Notes under the pieces: generated by a model | Told to the model about the DNA's origin: nothing | The model's input: the letters and a program-made list of their open reading frames with translations, nothing else | Database searches by the model: none | Program-made: the position numbers and the translations under genes | DNA from: Camelus dromedarius | Taxonomy: Eukaryota | Assembly (NCBI RefSeq): GCF_036321535.1 | Contig: NC_087436.1 | Location: 81,346,001-81,410,000 of the forward strand | Direction: 5' to 3' | DNA: 64,000 bases | Shown here: positions 26,965 to 38,639 of the stretch, piece after piece | How positions within the stretch are numbered: the stretch's first letter is position 1 | How the letters are laid out: the number at the start of each line of letters is the position of its first letter

Positions 26965-27132
26965 TTAATATTCTTCAACCATGGCAGCGCATGAGAATTG
27001 AGGAGCTTTTAAAAAATCTCCGTGCCCAGGCTTCACCCAGACCAATTGTATCAGAATATGTAGGACCCAATCAACAGTATTTTGAAAAACTTACCAGGTG
27101 ACTCCAGTGTGCAATCAAGGTTGAGAAACATT
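26965..27132. mobile_element. MER5A1-like MITE
   Basis: ttcttcaaccatggcagc...ccaggtgactccagtgtgcaatcaaggttgagaaaca with imperfect terminal inverted repeats. Confidence 0.65.
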
Positions 27133-27289
27133 TTCTTCTCTGTCATATTGGTCAATCTGGCAATATTTCCAAAAATCGACGTTATCTGAAAGCATGTTTC
27201 TGTCTTTCTGATGACATTTCGTGTCCTAGTGCTCTATCGGTACTATTCATGGTTTTACAGGTAAGCTCACCAGATGCAGATTTGGGATT

Positions 27290-27687
27290 ATACTAGTCAA
27301 CTCAGACTGCCATGACAAAATACCGCAGACTAGGTGGCTTCAACAATAGAGGTTAATTTTCTCACAGCTCTGGAGGCCGAGTCTGAGATCGGGGTGTCAG
27401 CGTGGCTGGGTTCTGGGAAAGGCTCCCTTCTTGGCTTGTAGACAGCCACCTTCTCACCCTGTGTTCACATGGCCTTTCTTCCTCACACGAGCACAGGAGC
27501 AAGGGGTGGGGAACAAGCTTATTGGTGTCTTTCATTATAAGGGCTCTAATCCTATCAAACCAGAGTCCCACCCTCATGACCTCATCTAACCCTAATTACC
27601 TCCCCAAGGTCCCATCTCCAGATACAACCTCAGAGGTTGGGGCTTCAATGTATGACTTTGGGAGAGACAACAGTTCAGCCCATAGCC
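27290..27687 (-). mobile_element. MLT1A-like MaLR solo LTR
   Basis: gactgccatgacaaaataccgcagactaggtggctt...ccaccctcatgacctcatctaaccctaattacctcccc...ttcagcccatagc. Confidence 0.8.
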
Positions 27688-29269
27688 AGGGTCATCATGC
27701 GGGTCTGTGCCATCATTACTTTTAAACCAGGAGACTTGTTTGAAACAAGCACTAATTCAGTGTAGTCCAGACAGATAAAAGTGCCCTTTGGTGTTGTATA
27801 TAATTCAGCAGTGGTACTTATGTAACCACAATAAGCCATGACAGTTTAACCAGATTCAAATTTCATTGCCAATAAGTGTACTCGTTTTGACAGATCTGTA
27901 AAAAAAAACCAAAAAACAAAGTTAGAACAGAACCAGACTTTTCTTGTAAATGTTTAATTTAGTTTGGAACTGCTTACCAGCTCTGGATTTGCTTTTCTCT
28001 GTCTTGGTGAATTCAGTGGACAGAACAGCATGTCGTTTAAGATAGTCTGGTGGCCGCCTTCATCTTAGCAACGATGCTGAATGTTTTCAGTCTCATATAT
28101 GTTCTCCCTGACGTTTGATGATGTTAGGTCATCTCATTGTGTATGTTGCAAATAATTTGGCAGTATCTTTAATAATTTCCTGTGTGGGTGCACTGGAAAT
28201 TCATTTTATTCACTTAAATCCTCAGATTATGTTGTGTTCTGTGCATAGCATCCAGAGTGAAAATTTTCCATTTCTAATTTTGAGGTGTAAAAGTTTTAAG
28301 GTTTTTATCTGTGTAGTATTATGCTTGTAATTACTGCAGCAGTCTACTTCTCTCTGGGTGAGAGTGTTCATCAGGGAAGGTGCCGGTGGGGTTAGAGGAT
28401 GAGCGAGAGGGATTGTGGCCAGCCTCCTTTATCCCTTTTCAGATTAGCAAGAGGACTATATTGTACATAGACTATAAACAGGCAAACAATTTCCAGGAAG
28501 CATAAAAACATTCTGAAGATCACACACCTGGCAGGGACTTGGCAGCTAGAAGGTACAGAAAGTGTTAAGCAGTCAAACACATGAGGCATGGGAGGGCAAT
28601 GTGTTGATGGTGATTGGTTAGACGTACAAGTCCAAAGGAGGACAAAAAAGTTCTATGTTGTTCCTGTCTGTTTCACCTCGCATGTGCCACAAGGCAGTGC
28701 AGACCACAGGTGTTCGGGAACCATTTGAAGAGTGAATGACAGAACAATCCCAGAATGACCTAAGGAAGACTGGCAAGAATATAAAATTAGGTCAATCATA
28801 GAAAGTCTCAGGGAATTCAAGTTTACTAAAAAGCACTCCAGGATCCAGAAGGAAAGCCCAAGTACAATTTAAGGTGAAAACAAACCCCACATGCTGATCA
28901 ATTAAGAGGCATATGTGCAGAACCTCTTCTGGCCTGATAGCTCTTCTACTCGGGACCCCTGGGCTGTCTCTGTCTCTTTGCTGTCGCTGCATAGGATGTA
29001 CATGATTATTTATCTTTATTTCTGAAAACAATTTCTACCACCAGGTGAGTGAAAGAGACCTGAGGTCTGGATAAAGAATTTATATTAGCAAATAGTTTTG
29101 AGTATCTACCAAATGAGTGTGACTTTAAAACCCCTCATATCTCAGTGATTAGCCTGAGAGGATTTTCTGTCTATGCAGTTTCCTATTCACGTCCCGAGTG
29201 GAGTTAATAACAGGACCCACCCCCTGGACTGCTGGGAGGGCCTGAGTCAGAGAGATGTGTATAGGTACA

Positions 29270-29346
29270 TGCTGCTGCTGTTGTTGTTGTTATTATTATT
29301 ATTGTTGTTGTTGTTGTTGTTGTTATTATTATTATTATTATTACTA
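29270..29346. repeat. Compound trinucleotide microsatellite (TGC)n(TTG)n(TTA)n
   Basis: Directly visible; it produces the poly-Leu ORF 29173..29430. Confidence 0.95.
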
Positions 29347-29403
29347 ACCAGGTTAGGGATTTTAATCCTCTATCGCACAACTCAAAAGTTTACCATAATG
29401 CAG

Positions 29404-29561
29404 GTGGGGAGGGTGGGGTTGAGGATCTAGCTCAGTGGTAGTGTGTGCTTAGCATGCACAAGGTCCTGGCTTCAATCCCCAGTGCCTCCATTAAAAAATA
29501 AACTTAATTACCTACCCCCTCAAAACAAACAAACAAAAAACACTTAAAAAAAAAAGAGAAC
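29404..29561 (+). mobile_element. tRNA-derived SINE (vic-1-like) with A-rich tail
   Basis: tagctcagtggtag...cttagcatgcacaaggtcctggcttcaatccccag...taattacctaccccc plus A tail; degenerate TSD aaaagtttaccataatgcag / aaaagtctgctgtaattcag. Confidence 0.85.
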
Positions 29562-32500
29562 AAAAAGTCTGCTGTAATTCAGTCACTTCACTTCACTTTG
29601 CTGGAGAACATGATGTGTTTCTCTAAGGCAAAGGTAGTGTATCCCACTATGTACTTTGGGCAATTAACACATAACATTGCTATTTACTTCTACACATTAA
29701 AGCAAATATTAATTAGGCAAAGTCCTGGGTCTTCAGTAAGGCTGTAGCTTTAGGTGCAGAAGGTTGCTATTTTGTAGAATGGATATACAAAGAGATATTT
29801 CAGAGAAACATCAGATCTCCCTTTACAGCAAGCAGCACTGGCAGTTGCTGCAGATGGACTGTGGGCTTCTCGAGGTGAACCTAAGCTGGCAAACAGGTTC
29901 AAGTTTTCCCAGAAATTACTGCTTTTTTCCCTTCAGTGGGAAAGGACAAAGCCAAAAATGACAATGCTAAGTAAATGGAGAAGTCTCTATTTCTACAAAA
30001 TAACCTAAGTTTAATAAAGCTCCCCCAAAGAGTTACAAATTTTTAAGTTGTATCCTTTAACTTAAAAAAGTAATAATCTTTGTTAATTTAAAAATATATA
30101 TATTTGGCCATTATTTTTCTTTATCGTTTCTAGGTAACTAATAGTGTGTGGGCATACACTTACAGTGCTAGAAAACTGATGCAACATATCGCTTTAAGGG
30201 GGAATAAAATGATCATCCTGGTCCACATCTCTTACCTTGATTCATAGCGCAAATATTTCTATTCTTGGAGCATTACTGCAGCTTTGGTGCTAAGAAAATT
30301 ACCGGTGGATGAAGAATGATTCTGCAGCCTTTCATCCTTAACAATTTTCACGCCATCTCCATCAGTCTGACTTTGCAATCGTGCCATCTAGTGTTCAAAC
30401 GTCCTCAGTACAACAGCTCAACTTTAGAAGCCAAATAACACAGGAAGTAACAAGCAAGTTACCTTTAACACAGTGTGCTTGGGGAGAGACAGTGTAACCA
30501 ACAGCCCATCACCGAAACACTAAAACAGATTTCTTCTAAATATATATTTCTTGTTTATTTTTATTACCTCATTTATTTCTTGTGTTTAATTCATAAATAT
30601 TTTTATATATTCTATGTATATATAGTCACACAAATTATACATGACACACTCCACATGTTGAAATTATACATACTTTACATTTTATTTTTGTATTCTTCTC
30701 TGTCTTCCTATAACTTTAACAAGAAGATCATTCACTTTGAAGGCAACACAACAATCCAGTCGTGCATTGGGTTGGATTTGAGTGGACTGGATTAGAGTGG
30801 AATCAAAAGATGGAAAGCGTTTATTATAATATCTGATTGCACTGCATATCCTGCCCAGGCTGTGGTTTTGTTGCTGCTGCTGACTGTGCCTTCAAGGGTC
30901 AGGTGCTTTGCTACATAGCAAGCGAAGCAGAAGGGATTGCATGAAATAGAGCAATTCGCCAGAAAACAAACAAAACTAGTGTCTTCCTTGCCTTACCTTA
31001 CCAATGAGACTATTTTAGGTCTGTCTTTTTTTTAAAAAGAAAAAACTTTTTTTGAAAGTGTTTTTAGGAGTTAATGAGTTTGGGCCAAATGTTCAAGATG
31101 TCTCAGAGACATGATTTTTATTCCCTTTACTGGCCTTTGAGATGATTTCTGTATTGTCTATCAGTTCAGCATTTTAAGAGAAAAAAGTTCATTTATTTAC
31201 TTATGAAAACAATAAAATTGATTGAAGAGAGACTCCGTCAGGTCACCTCCATCATTTTAGCATCTGCAAAATGGTTGACGATATGCTCTGACTGGCTCTG
31301 ACACTAAATGGAAAACCCCAGCCCTCGCCCTGTCTGATTCTGAGGTGGGTGAAGTCCCTGGTCCATGAGGCTGACTTCTGCTCAGACCTAATCCAGTCCT
31401 GCTCTGAGCTCTGGTCTCCCTTAGCCTTTTGTCAATTCCTCGAGGACAGGGCGCTCCCTCCCACTTTGGGCTCTGTTTGCCTGCCTTACTTTAATCAGGA
31501 ATGCCTTCTTTTCTTCTTCACTCTCACTTAGTTCATTCTTACACCTCTTTAGACCTTAGCCTAAGCACCGTTTCCTCAGAGAAGCCCTCTAGCTCCTGGA
31601 TTAGTCCTTTCTTGTTATTAGATGGCATCCACTACTTTTCCTTATTACCATTCACCACACTTTGTAATTATATACTTGTACTACTGTCCACTTAGTATCT
31701 CCTGCTCCTACTAGATTATAAATTATGGCAGGCTAGAATATTCCTTGTTTAGCCTCTTAGAGTTCTGGCCACTGTGTTTTCTGTAATGCTCAATACGGAG
31801 TAGATACGTGGGAAATTGCTGGCGAAATTCATCCGAGTCCAAACTTGAGCACTGAGATGCCCGTTCCCAGCCCCCATGTAGATTTGCAAAGGCACCTCTG
31901 CTTTCATGTCATCCTTGGGACAAGAGAAGAGTCACTGAGGCAGGAAATCCCAGTGCCTGCATTCCAGCTTCTGAAGGAATACTCTCTGTGACCTGCGTCT
32001 TCCTGCAGCACAGCCTGGGAGCAGGGTGTACGCTCCTCTTCTTACAGAATCACTGACCTTGTTCACACCACTCTTCCTGATTCTTGAGAATCGATTGACC
32101 TTTCACTCCCTGACCGCCAGTCTCTCCTTCCCACGCTCCTGTCCCCCACCCCCCAAAACCAAACCAAACCAAACCAGAACCCACTTCCTCTTGTCTTGAC
32201 TGTCAGCCATCTTCATGGATCAACAGGGAGATACAGAGTACAAAATATACATTAATATTTCAGTAAATCATCCTGTCACTCTGGTATTCAGCAGAGAATA
32301 AAAATAAATTTTGCACATTTCACAAAGGACATGTCAAGTTTTCATTGTTTATTTTTTGTAGCACTTTCCTTCTCTTTCTAGAAGTCTCTAAGGGTTCCCA
32401 ACTCTCTCAGAATATTAGACAAGCAATCATGCTGAGATCAATCATCTTCAAAATGAGTTTTTCTTAAAAAGTCAAAACATGTCATACTAAACTTCAGGTA

Positions 32501-32958
32501 TCTATAACCAATCACCAATGTCTTCTAAAGAATAAGAAATGAAGTTAGGATCCAGAAGTGATTCATTTTGACATTGCATATATACCTACACACATACGTA
32601 GATTGGGTATTTTGGGTACATTATATTATACTTTGTCTGGTATGCATGTTCTCATTGTTTTATGAAAGCAACACTTTTGCTTAATATCAAATACACACAA
32701 AAGAAAAATGCTTGCACTTTTGAATATTTGTAAACCACACCAAGGATTCCAAGTGTCTCTTTAGGTCCCTCTCCTTCCCGCCTGCGCTAACATCTAATAG
32801 GCGTTACCTAAATGTGTGCTTCTGGAAAGCCAGATTGACCAATTCAAACACCAACCCATATAGAAATCTGACTCTTAGATGTATGTTTGATGAAAAAACT
32901 GATTAAATAGTATATAAAGTTCACTCTACAGAGAGTCATCACACTTCTATCTCCACAG

Positions 32959-33091
32959 CAACACGGATGTACACACAGTGGCATCGCTTCTTAAACTGTA
33001 TCTCCGAGAGCTCCCAGAACCGGTCATTCCTTATGCAAAGTACGAAGACTTTTTGTCATGTGCCAAACTGCTCAGCAAGGAGGAGGAAGCT
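32959..33091 (+). CDS. ARHGAP24: ARHGAP24 coding exon (RhoGAP domain)
   Basis: ctccacAG acceptor, GTAAGT donor at 33092, 133 bp. (S)[44 protein letters not shown] contains the Rho[13 protein letters not shown] motif. Phase matches the previous exon. Confidence 0.97.
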
Positions 33092-33467
33092 GTAAGTCGA
33101 TGCATTTATTTCTTCAAAATATTGTTTGGGGTTTGTCAGTGTTCTTTGTCTTTAATCTATAAATTTTCCTTTGCCGCAGCCTTGGATTGTTTTCCACTAT
33201 TCCAAATATTGACATTACACCCATTTAGAATTTATGCACACAACTCAGGTCCCAGTTTTGATCCTCTCTTTCATCAAAAATGAAAAATATAGCAGAATAA
33301 ATGAACTCGGCACTCCTTTCCACTTTGTCCCCCTACACGGTGAATTGTGGAGCTGCGGCAGGCCAAACATTCCGTGAACAAAGCGGATGCCTTATTTCAT
33401 AACCCTTTTCCATTGTGTCCCCCTACGTCATCTCAGACGGTGAGTCCTACCAAAGCCTGCCTCCTGC

Positions 33468-34824
33468 TTTTTTTTTAAAAACAGCTTTATTGAGATGTAA
33501 TTCATATACCATACAATCACTTATTTAAAGTGCACAATTCAGTGCTTTTTCGTATATTCTCGGAGTTGTGCAACCGCCACCAAATTCTAATTGTAGAATA
33601 TTTAGTAGATTCTCATCATCACATAACAAACCCCATACCTGTTCTCCCAGCTCCTCCTTCCCCAGCTCTTGGCAACTATTCATCTATGTTCTGGATATTT
33701 GCCTATTCTGGATATTTCATGTAAATGGAATCACTCAGTATGCTTGTCTTTTGTGACTGTCTTGTTTCACTGTTTCCAAGATTCATTCCCATTATACCCC
33801 ATAAATCAGTATTTCATTCCGTTTATTTATTTGTTCATCAGTTATGGGACATGTGTTGTTGTTTCCATTGTTTGGTTATAGTTAATAAAGCTGTTATGAA
33901 CACCCATGTACAAGGTTTTGCAAGGACATATGATCTCATTTCTCCTGGGTGTATATCTAGGAGGTAGACCTCCTGGGCCATGTGTAGCCCCATGTTTTGT
34001 AAGGAGGCTCCACCATTTTAAATTCCCACCCGCAGTGTGTGCCGGTTCCAGCTTCTCCACGTGTTTGCCAACCCTTGTTGTTCTCTCTCTTTTTCATCAT
34101 CCTAATGTGCGCAGTAGTTTGACTTACATTTCTCAAATGGTTAATAATGTCAAGCATCTTTTCATGTGCTTATTGGCTATTCGTGTATTTTCTTTGGAGA
34201 AACATCTCTTCAGATCATTTCCCCATTTTTAATTGAGTCATTGGTCTTGTTACTGAGTTGTCAGAGTTCTTTATAGTTTAGGTTACAAGTGCCTCATCAG
34301 GTATATGATTTGCAAATGTTTTCTCCCATTCTGTGGGTTGTCTCTTCCTCTTCTTGACGGTGTCCTTTGAAGCACAAAGGTTTTCATTGCAAAAAAGTCC
34401 AACTTACCTATTTTAGTTTTGTCACCTGTGTCATGTCTAAGAAGGCTTTAGCCCAAGGTCATGAGGGTTTACTCCTATATTTTCTTCTAAGACTTCAGTA
34501 ATTTAGCTATTTTTAAAAAAAATTTTTGGGGAGGGAGGTAATTAGGTTTTTATTTATTTATTTATAATGGAGGTACTGGGGATTGAACCCAGGACCTCGT
34601 GCATGCTAATCATGAGCTCTACCACTGAGCCATACATACCCTCCCCCTACAACTTAGCTCTTACGTTTAAGTCTCTGATCCACTTTGGGTTAATTTTTGT
34701 TCACAGTGTGAGGAGAAGGTCCAACTTCATTCTTTGGCATATGGACATCCACTTGTCCCAGCATCATTTGTTGAAAAGACTAATTGCTTCCCCCATTGGG
34801 CTTTCTTGGCACTCTTGTTGAAAT
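33468..34824 (-). mobile_element. L1MB-like 3' region inserted in a MER58A-like MITE and interrupted by a SINE
   Basis: acagctttattgagatgtaattcatatacc...ccagcatcatttgttgaaaagac; MER58A-like sequence resumes at about 34825-34975 (atttactatctggccctttacag). Confidence 0.8.
34512..34648 (-). mobile_element. tRNA-derived SINE (vic-1-like)
   Basis: ggaggtaattagg...aatggaggtactggggattgaacccaggacctcgtgcatgct...ctaccactgagc; TSD-like aatttagctatt / aacttagctctt. Confidence 0.88.
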
Positions 34825-35539
34825 TGCTGCCAGTTTTTGCAAATGAAGTTTTATTCCATTTGTTATGTAATATTGTCTGTGGCTACGTTTGCACTACAAC
34901 TATAGTGTAGAATAGTTGAGACAGAGACCATGAGTCCCAAAAAGGTGAAATTATTTACTATCTGGCCCTTTACAGTGACAACAGATCAGATTACATTCTT
35001 CATTAGCTTTTCTGGGACAATTTACATTTTAGAGGAAGTTCTACAATGAGAAGAATCAAAGCAATTAATCTCTTTGTGAAACACCTGGGAAGATCAGCCT
35101 TTCCAACCCTCCATCCCACCCCAAATGATGTTTCCTAGATGTCAGAGACTTATTCGTCAGTAGACGTGTGTTTGTCTGTTTTGGACATGCTAAAAATGAG
35201 AAGGACTCTCACTACATCGAAGCTACTGTTTTCCCCAAATAACCATATTATAAATGAAGCTATCTTCCCTTTCAGCCATTGTGAACAAATGTTAAAAAGG
35301 TTAAGAGCTTCACTTAAATCTGTTTCTTCACAAATAGCGCTTACATAGATATTTGAAACGCTTTCACATCTTTGAAAATATTCCTGGAAAGTTCTCTGTG
35401 ATGGTGGCAAGTTTGCAGGACAGGATCCTTCACTGGTAATATGTGAAACTAATTAAAAAACAACTGTATGTCCATTTTCCATGTGCTTTAATTCCAAAGC
35501 CAGCACTTAGGTAACGTTTTTTCTCTTCTTTATACTCAG

Positions 35540-35613
35540 GGTGTTAAAGAATTAGCAAAGCAGGTGAGGAGTTTGCCGGTGGTCAATTACAACCTCCTCA
35601 AGTATATCTGCAG
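35540..35613 (+). CDS. ARHGAP24: ARHGAP24 coding exon (RhoGAP domain)
   Basis: tatactcAG acceptor, GTGAGA donor at 35614, 74 bp. GVKELAKQVRSLPVVNYNLLKYIC(R). Confidence 0.96.
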
Positions 35614-37945
35614 GTGAGAATGGCCCTAAAGACAAAACTACATTTTAAAGGACTATATTTAACCTGACATTAATTTGCTTTTGACAGTGGATACAAATCA
35701 CCTAACTGCTCTGAGCTCCAGCGTTGGCCTCTGTAAAATTAAGAGGTTTGACAAGGTGATCTCAAAGGTTCCCCTGAGCAGGAAAGTTGCTTGATTTTGT
35801 CATTTGTTGTCTCTGAAGTTTCTCTTCTTGCCTCTGCATATTAAAGATATGTTGTTTTGAACCTCCATCAAAGTTGTTTGAACATATACCACGTACCATT
35901 GTTTAACAGAAGGAGCATGTATCTTGGCACGAGAAATACCTGCCTGGTAATCCAGATTCTACCCCTGAGTACTTACGTGTCTTTATGCAATTTTCTTGTC
36001 CTCTTTGAGTCTAAGGGTCCTAATAGGTTAAAGGGGTAGTGAAAACACACATTTCACAGAGATGTTTTAAAAAATTAAGTATATTTTTAAATTATGTATA
36101 TATACATATAGTGAATACTAATAAATACTGTTTTTTCTCTCAAGACTCATTGAAAAAACTTTTGTAACTCAATTCTGCTAGAGCAATATTATACCTGGTA
36201 AAGCTCTCTCTTTCTCTATGACCATGTTTAACTTAAGGCCAAGGATGGTGAGTACCATGTCTGTGCCCCCATTTAAGAAATCAAGTATGTACAATTGAAA
36301 CTTACTAAATTTAAATAAGGAGATTAGTGATTGGCCCTACAAATCACTACAAGGTATCTTAAATGATAGCTTCCCAGTCCATTTTTAAATAAAATTCAAA
36401 TTTTTAATTCAGTGCAGTGTATTATTTGCATAGGTTTTGTATAATGATTAGATAAATGTTCAGCTTACTGGGAACTATGGAGTTTAAGACTAACACCAGA
36501 CACTGTGAAGTTCATTGTCAACTCTAACTGAGAAGGAATTTCCAGAACCCCCTACCAGAACATTTTCCGGTGATAGTTACATTAAGGAGACAAACAAGAC
36601 CTTAGGTTTCAGAATTTGAAAAGGCAAGAAATAGTTTCACTGATGAGATAGACTTATTAACATGTAAAAGTTCCATCCAAGATTCTGAACTCATTCAAAC
36701 TATTTCAGTGGATGAGAAAAGGGTAGAGACAGTCTCCTTAAGTAAAAGAGAAAAAGGCTTTTTCTTTTTTTTTTTTTTTTGAGAACAGTATTGCAAGTTC
36801 ATCTCCACAACAGAAAAACTTAACTTCTCTTAAAACATTTAAGCAATCTTTTAATTTCAGCTATTTCCAATAGGAAATGATAGTTTGACTTTTTGCCCTT
36901 CAGTTTTGCTATAATTTAGGCTGTGTAACAGGAGTGAACATGAGGAATAGGCACTTTTTAAAACAGTCAAGGTATAGTAGTCAGGAGTGCAGACCCGAGG
37001 GTCAGATCACTGGGATTCAGAGCTCAGCTCTGTCACTTATTAACTCTGTGTCCTTGGAGATTTTTAACCTCTCTGGTGCCTAAAGTGTCTCATCTGTAAA
37101 GTGGAGATAATAATAGTATTTACCTCCCAGAGACGCCTTGAGAATTTAATCAGTTAGCACAGTGACTGACACATATGATGTAGTTTTTTTAAAATAGCAC
37201 ATAAAATACTTTTTTTTTAAATGTTTTATTGCTTCTTTGTCTCCTCAGTACAATTAGTAAGCCATGAAGCAATAGAAGTTCTTGTAGAAATGAAGAGAGG
37301 ATGGGGAGTGAACAAAAGCTGGAAGATTATAAAAATAGTCCCTCCTACTAAAATCATTCGGGGAAAGGACCATTTCATGCCTCTTATTCTTTGGCACCTA
37401 ACCAGTTAAAAAAATTTGTGCTTGCAATTTTTCATATCAGTAGAACTGAGGTTTTAATTTAAACCATGTTGGATCTTATTTTTAACAGGCTACAAATTTG
37501 AAGCTCTCAAATTACTCCACCAAGAGGATTGAATCCTCCTCTCTGAAATGAGAGATTGTACCAGATGATCTTGTTTATAATTTTTGAATTAATACGTATA
37601 TAAATTTAACACTGTATTTAGAGATTGGAAAGAAACCCATATTCTTGGATCTCAAGTCCACCTTTGCATCATCCAAACACACTTGTTCCTGTGACTGACA
37701 AGGGAAACCGAGTCAAGCCAAGCCAGGCCGGAGCAGATGTTTGATATGACCCTTTCTGAGTTTGATCTTTAATAATTTGCAATAAATTTTGTCCACATTT
37801 GACTGAGAGATGTTTGATTTTCTAAATAATTTTGTGTTTATAATCATCTTTGAACATCTTCTGGTTCATAGATTTCCCAGTAACCCTTTCTCTTCTACTG
37901 ACAAATTTGACCCCATTGTGTTTTGTTCGTACTCATACCCAACAG

Positions 37946-38067
37946 GTTCTTGGATGAAGTACAGTCCTATTCGGGAATTAACAAAATGAGTGTGCAGAAC
38001 TTGGCCACTGTCTTTGGCCCTAATATCCTGCGCCCCAAAGTGGAAGATCCTTTGACCATTATGGAGG
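37946..38067 (+). CDS. ARHGAP24: ARHGAP24 coding exon (end of RhoGAP domain)
   Basis: cccaacAG acceptor, GTAAGT donor at 38068, 122 bp. (R)[40 protein letters not shown](G) contains the RhoGAP NKM..NLA.VFGPN motif. Confidence 0.97.
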
Positions 38068-38639
38068 GTAAGTAAATGACTATCTTACACTCTCATAAGA
38101 AGAATAGTCAGCTGTCTCTTGGTTGCCCTGACTCCACTTTCCTGTAAGGAATCTAGGGAAATAAGTGAATCCATGGTAACTCCATTTATGGACTCAAGTT
38201 CTTAACATGGAAAATCTTCTCTGAGAGTCAGGTATTTTATTTTGGAGTTTACTAAACATAACTTACTAAATGATTCCTCAGTAGTTTTATAAGAACTTCC
38301 ATAAATCATCTGTAAAGTATCACACAAGAACCAAAAAAATATAATTCACTTTTTGAGGCCAATGCAAATTCTCAGAAAGTTCAAATAGTTACTATTTTAA
38401 GTTAATATATTTTTTTATTAATTCTGGTTTTATCTGTCAGATTTCAAGGGGCAGAAAAATACAGTCCTCTATAAAATAATGCTGCTTATTTACATTGGGT
38501 TGAAAGATGGAGAAATTCTGATTTTTTTTAATTACAAAATGCCTCCAGTTCTCTTCTACGGTGAACTGCTACCTCTGTTTATGCCCAGCAGGCCTCAAGA
38601 CCTCAAGGTACATTTCTTACCTGTGGCCATCAGTAGTAC

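Noticed and set aside
29173..29430. 85-aa ORF with a long poly-Leu run resembling a membrane peptide
   Set aside because: It is the translation of a (TTG/TTA)n microsatellite between a MIR-like fragment and a SINE.
33317..33426. Imperfect ~20-bp direct repeat tttcca..tgtccccctac about 90 bp apart
   Set aside because: Only two copies and no tail or recognisable insert between them; not an array and not clearly a TSD.
34567..34648. tRNA-like sequences with A and B boxes (also 2821, 29404, 44300)
   Set aside because: Mutually diverged, with shared non-tRNA 3' extensions and TSDs, so SINE copies rather than tRNA genes.
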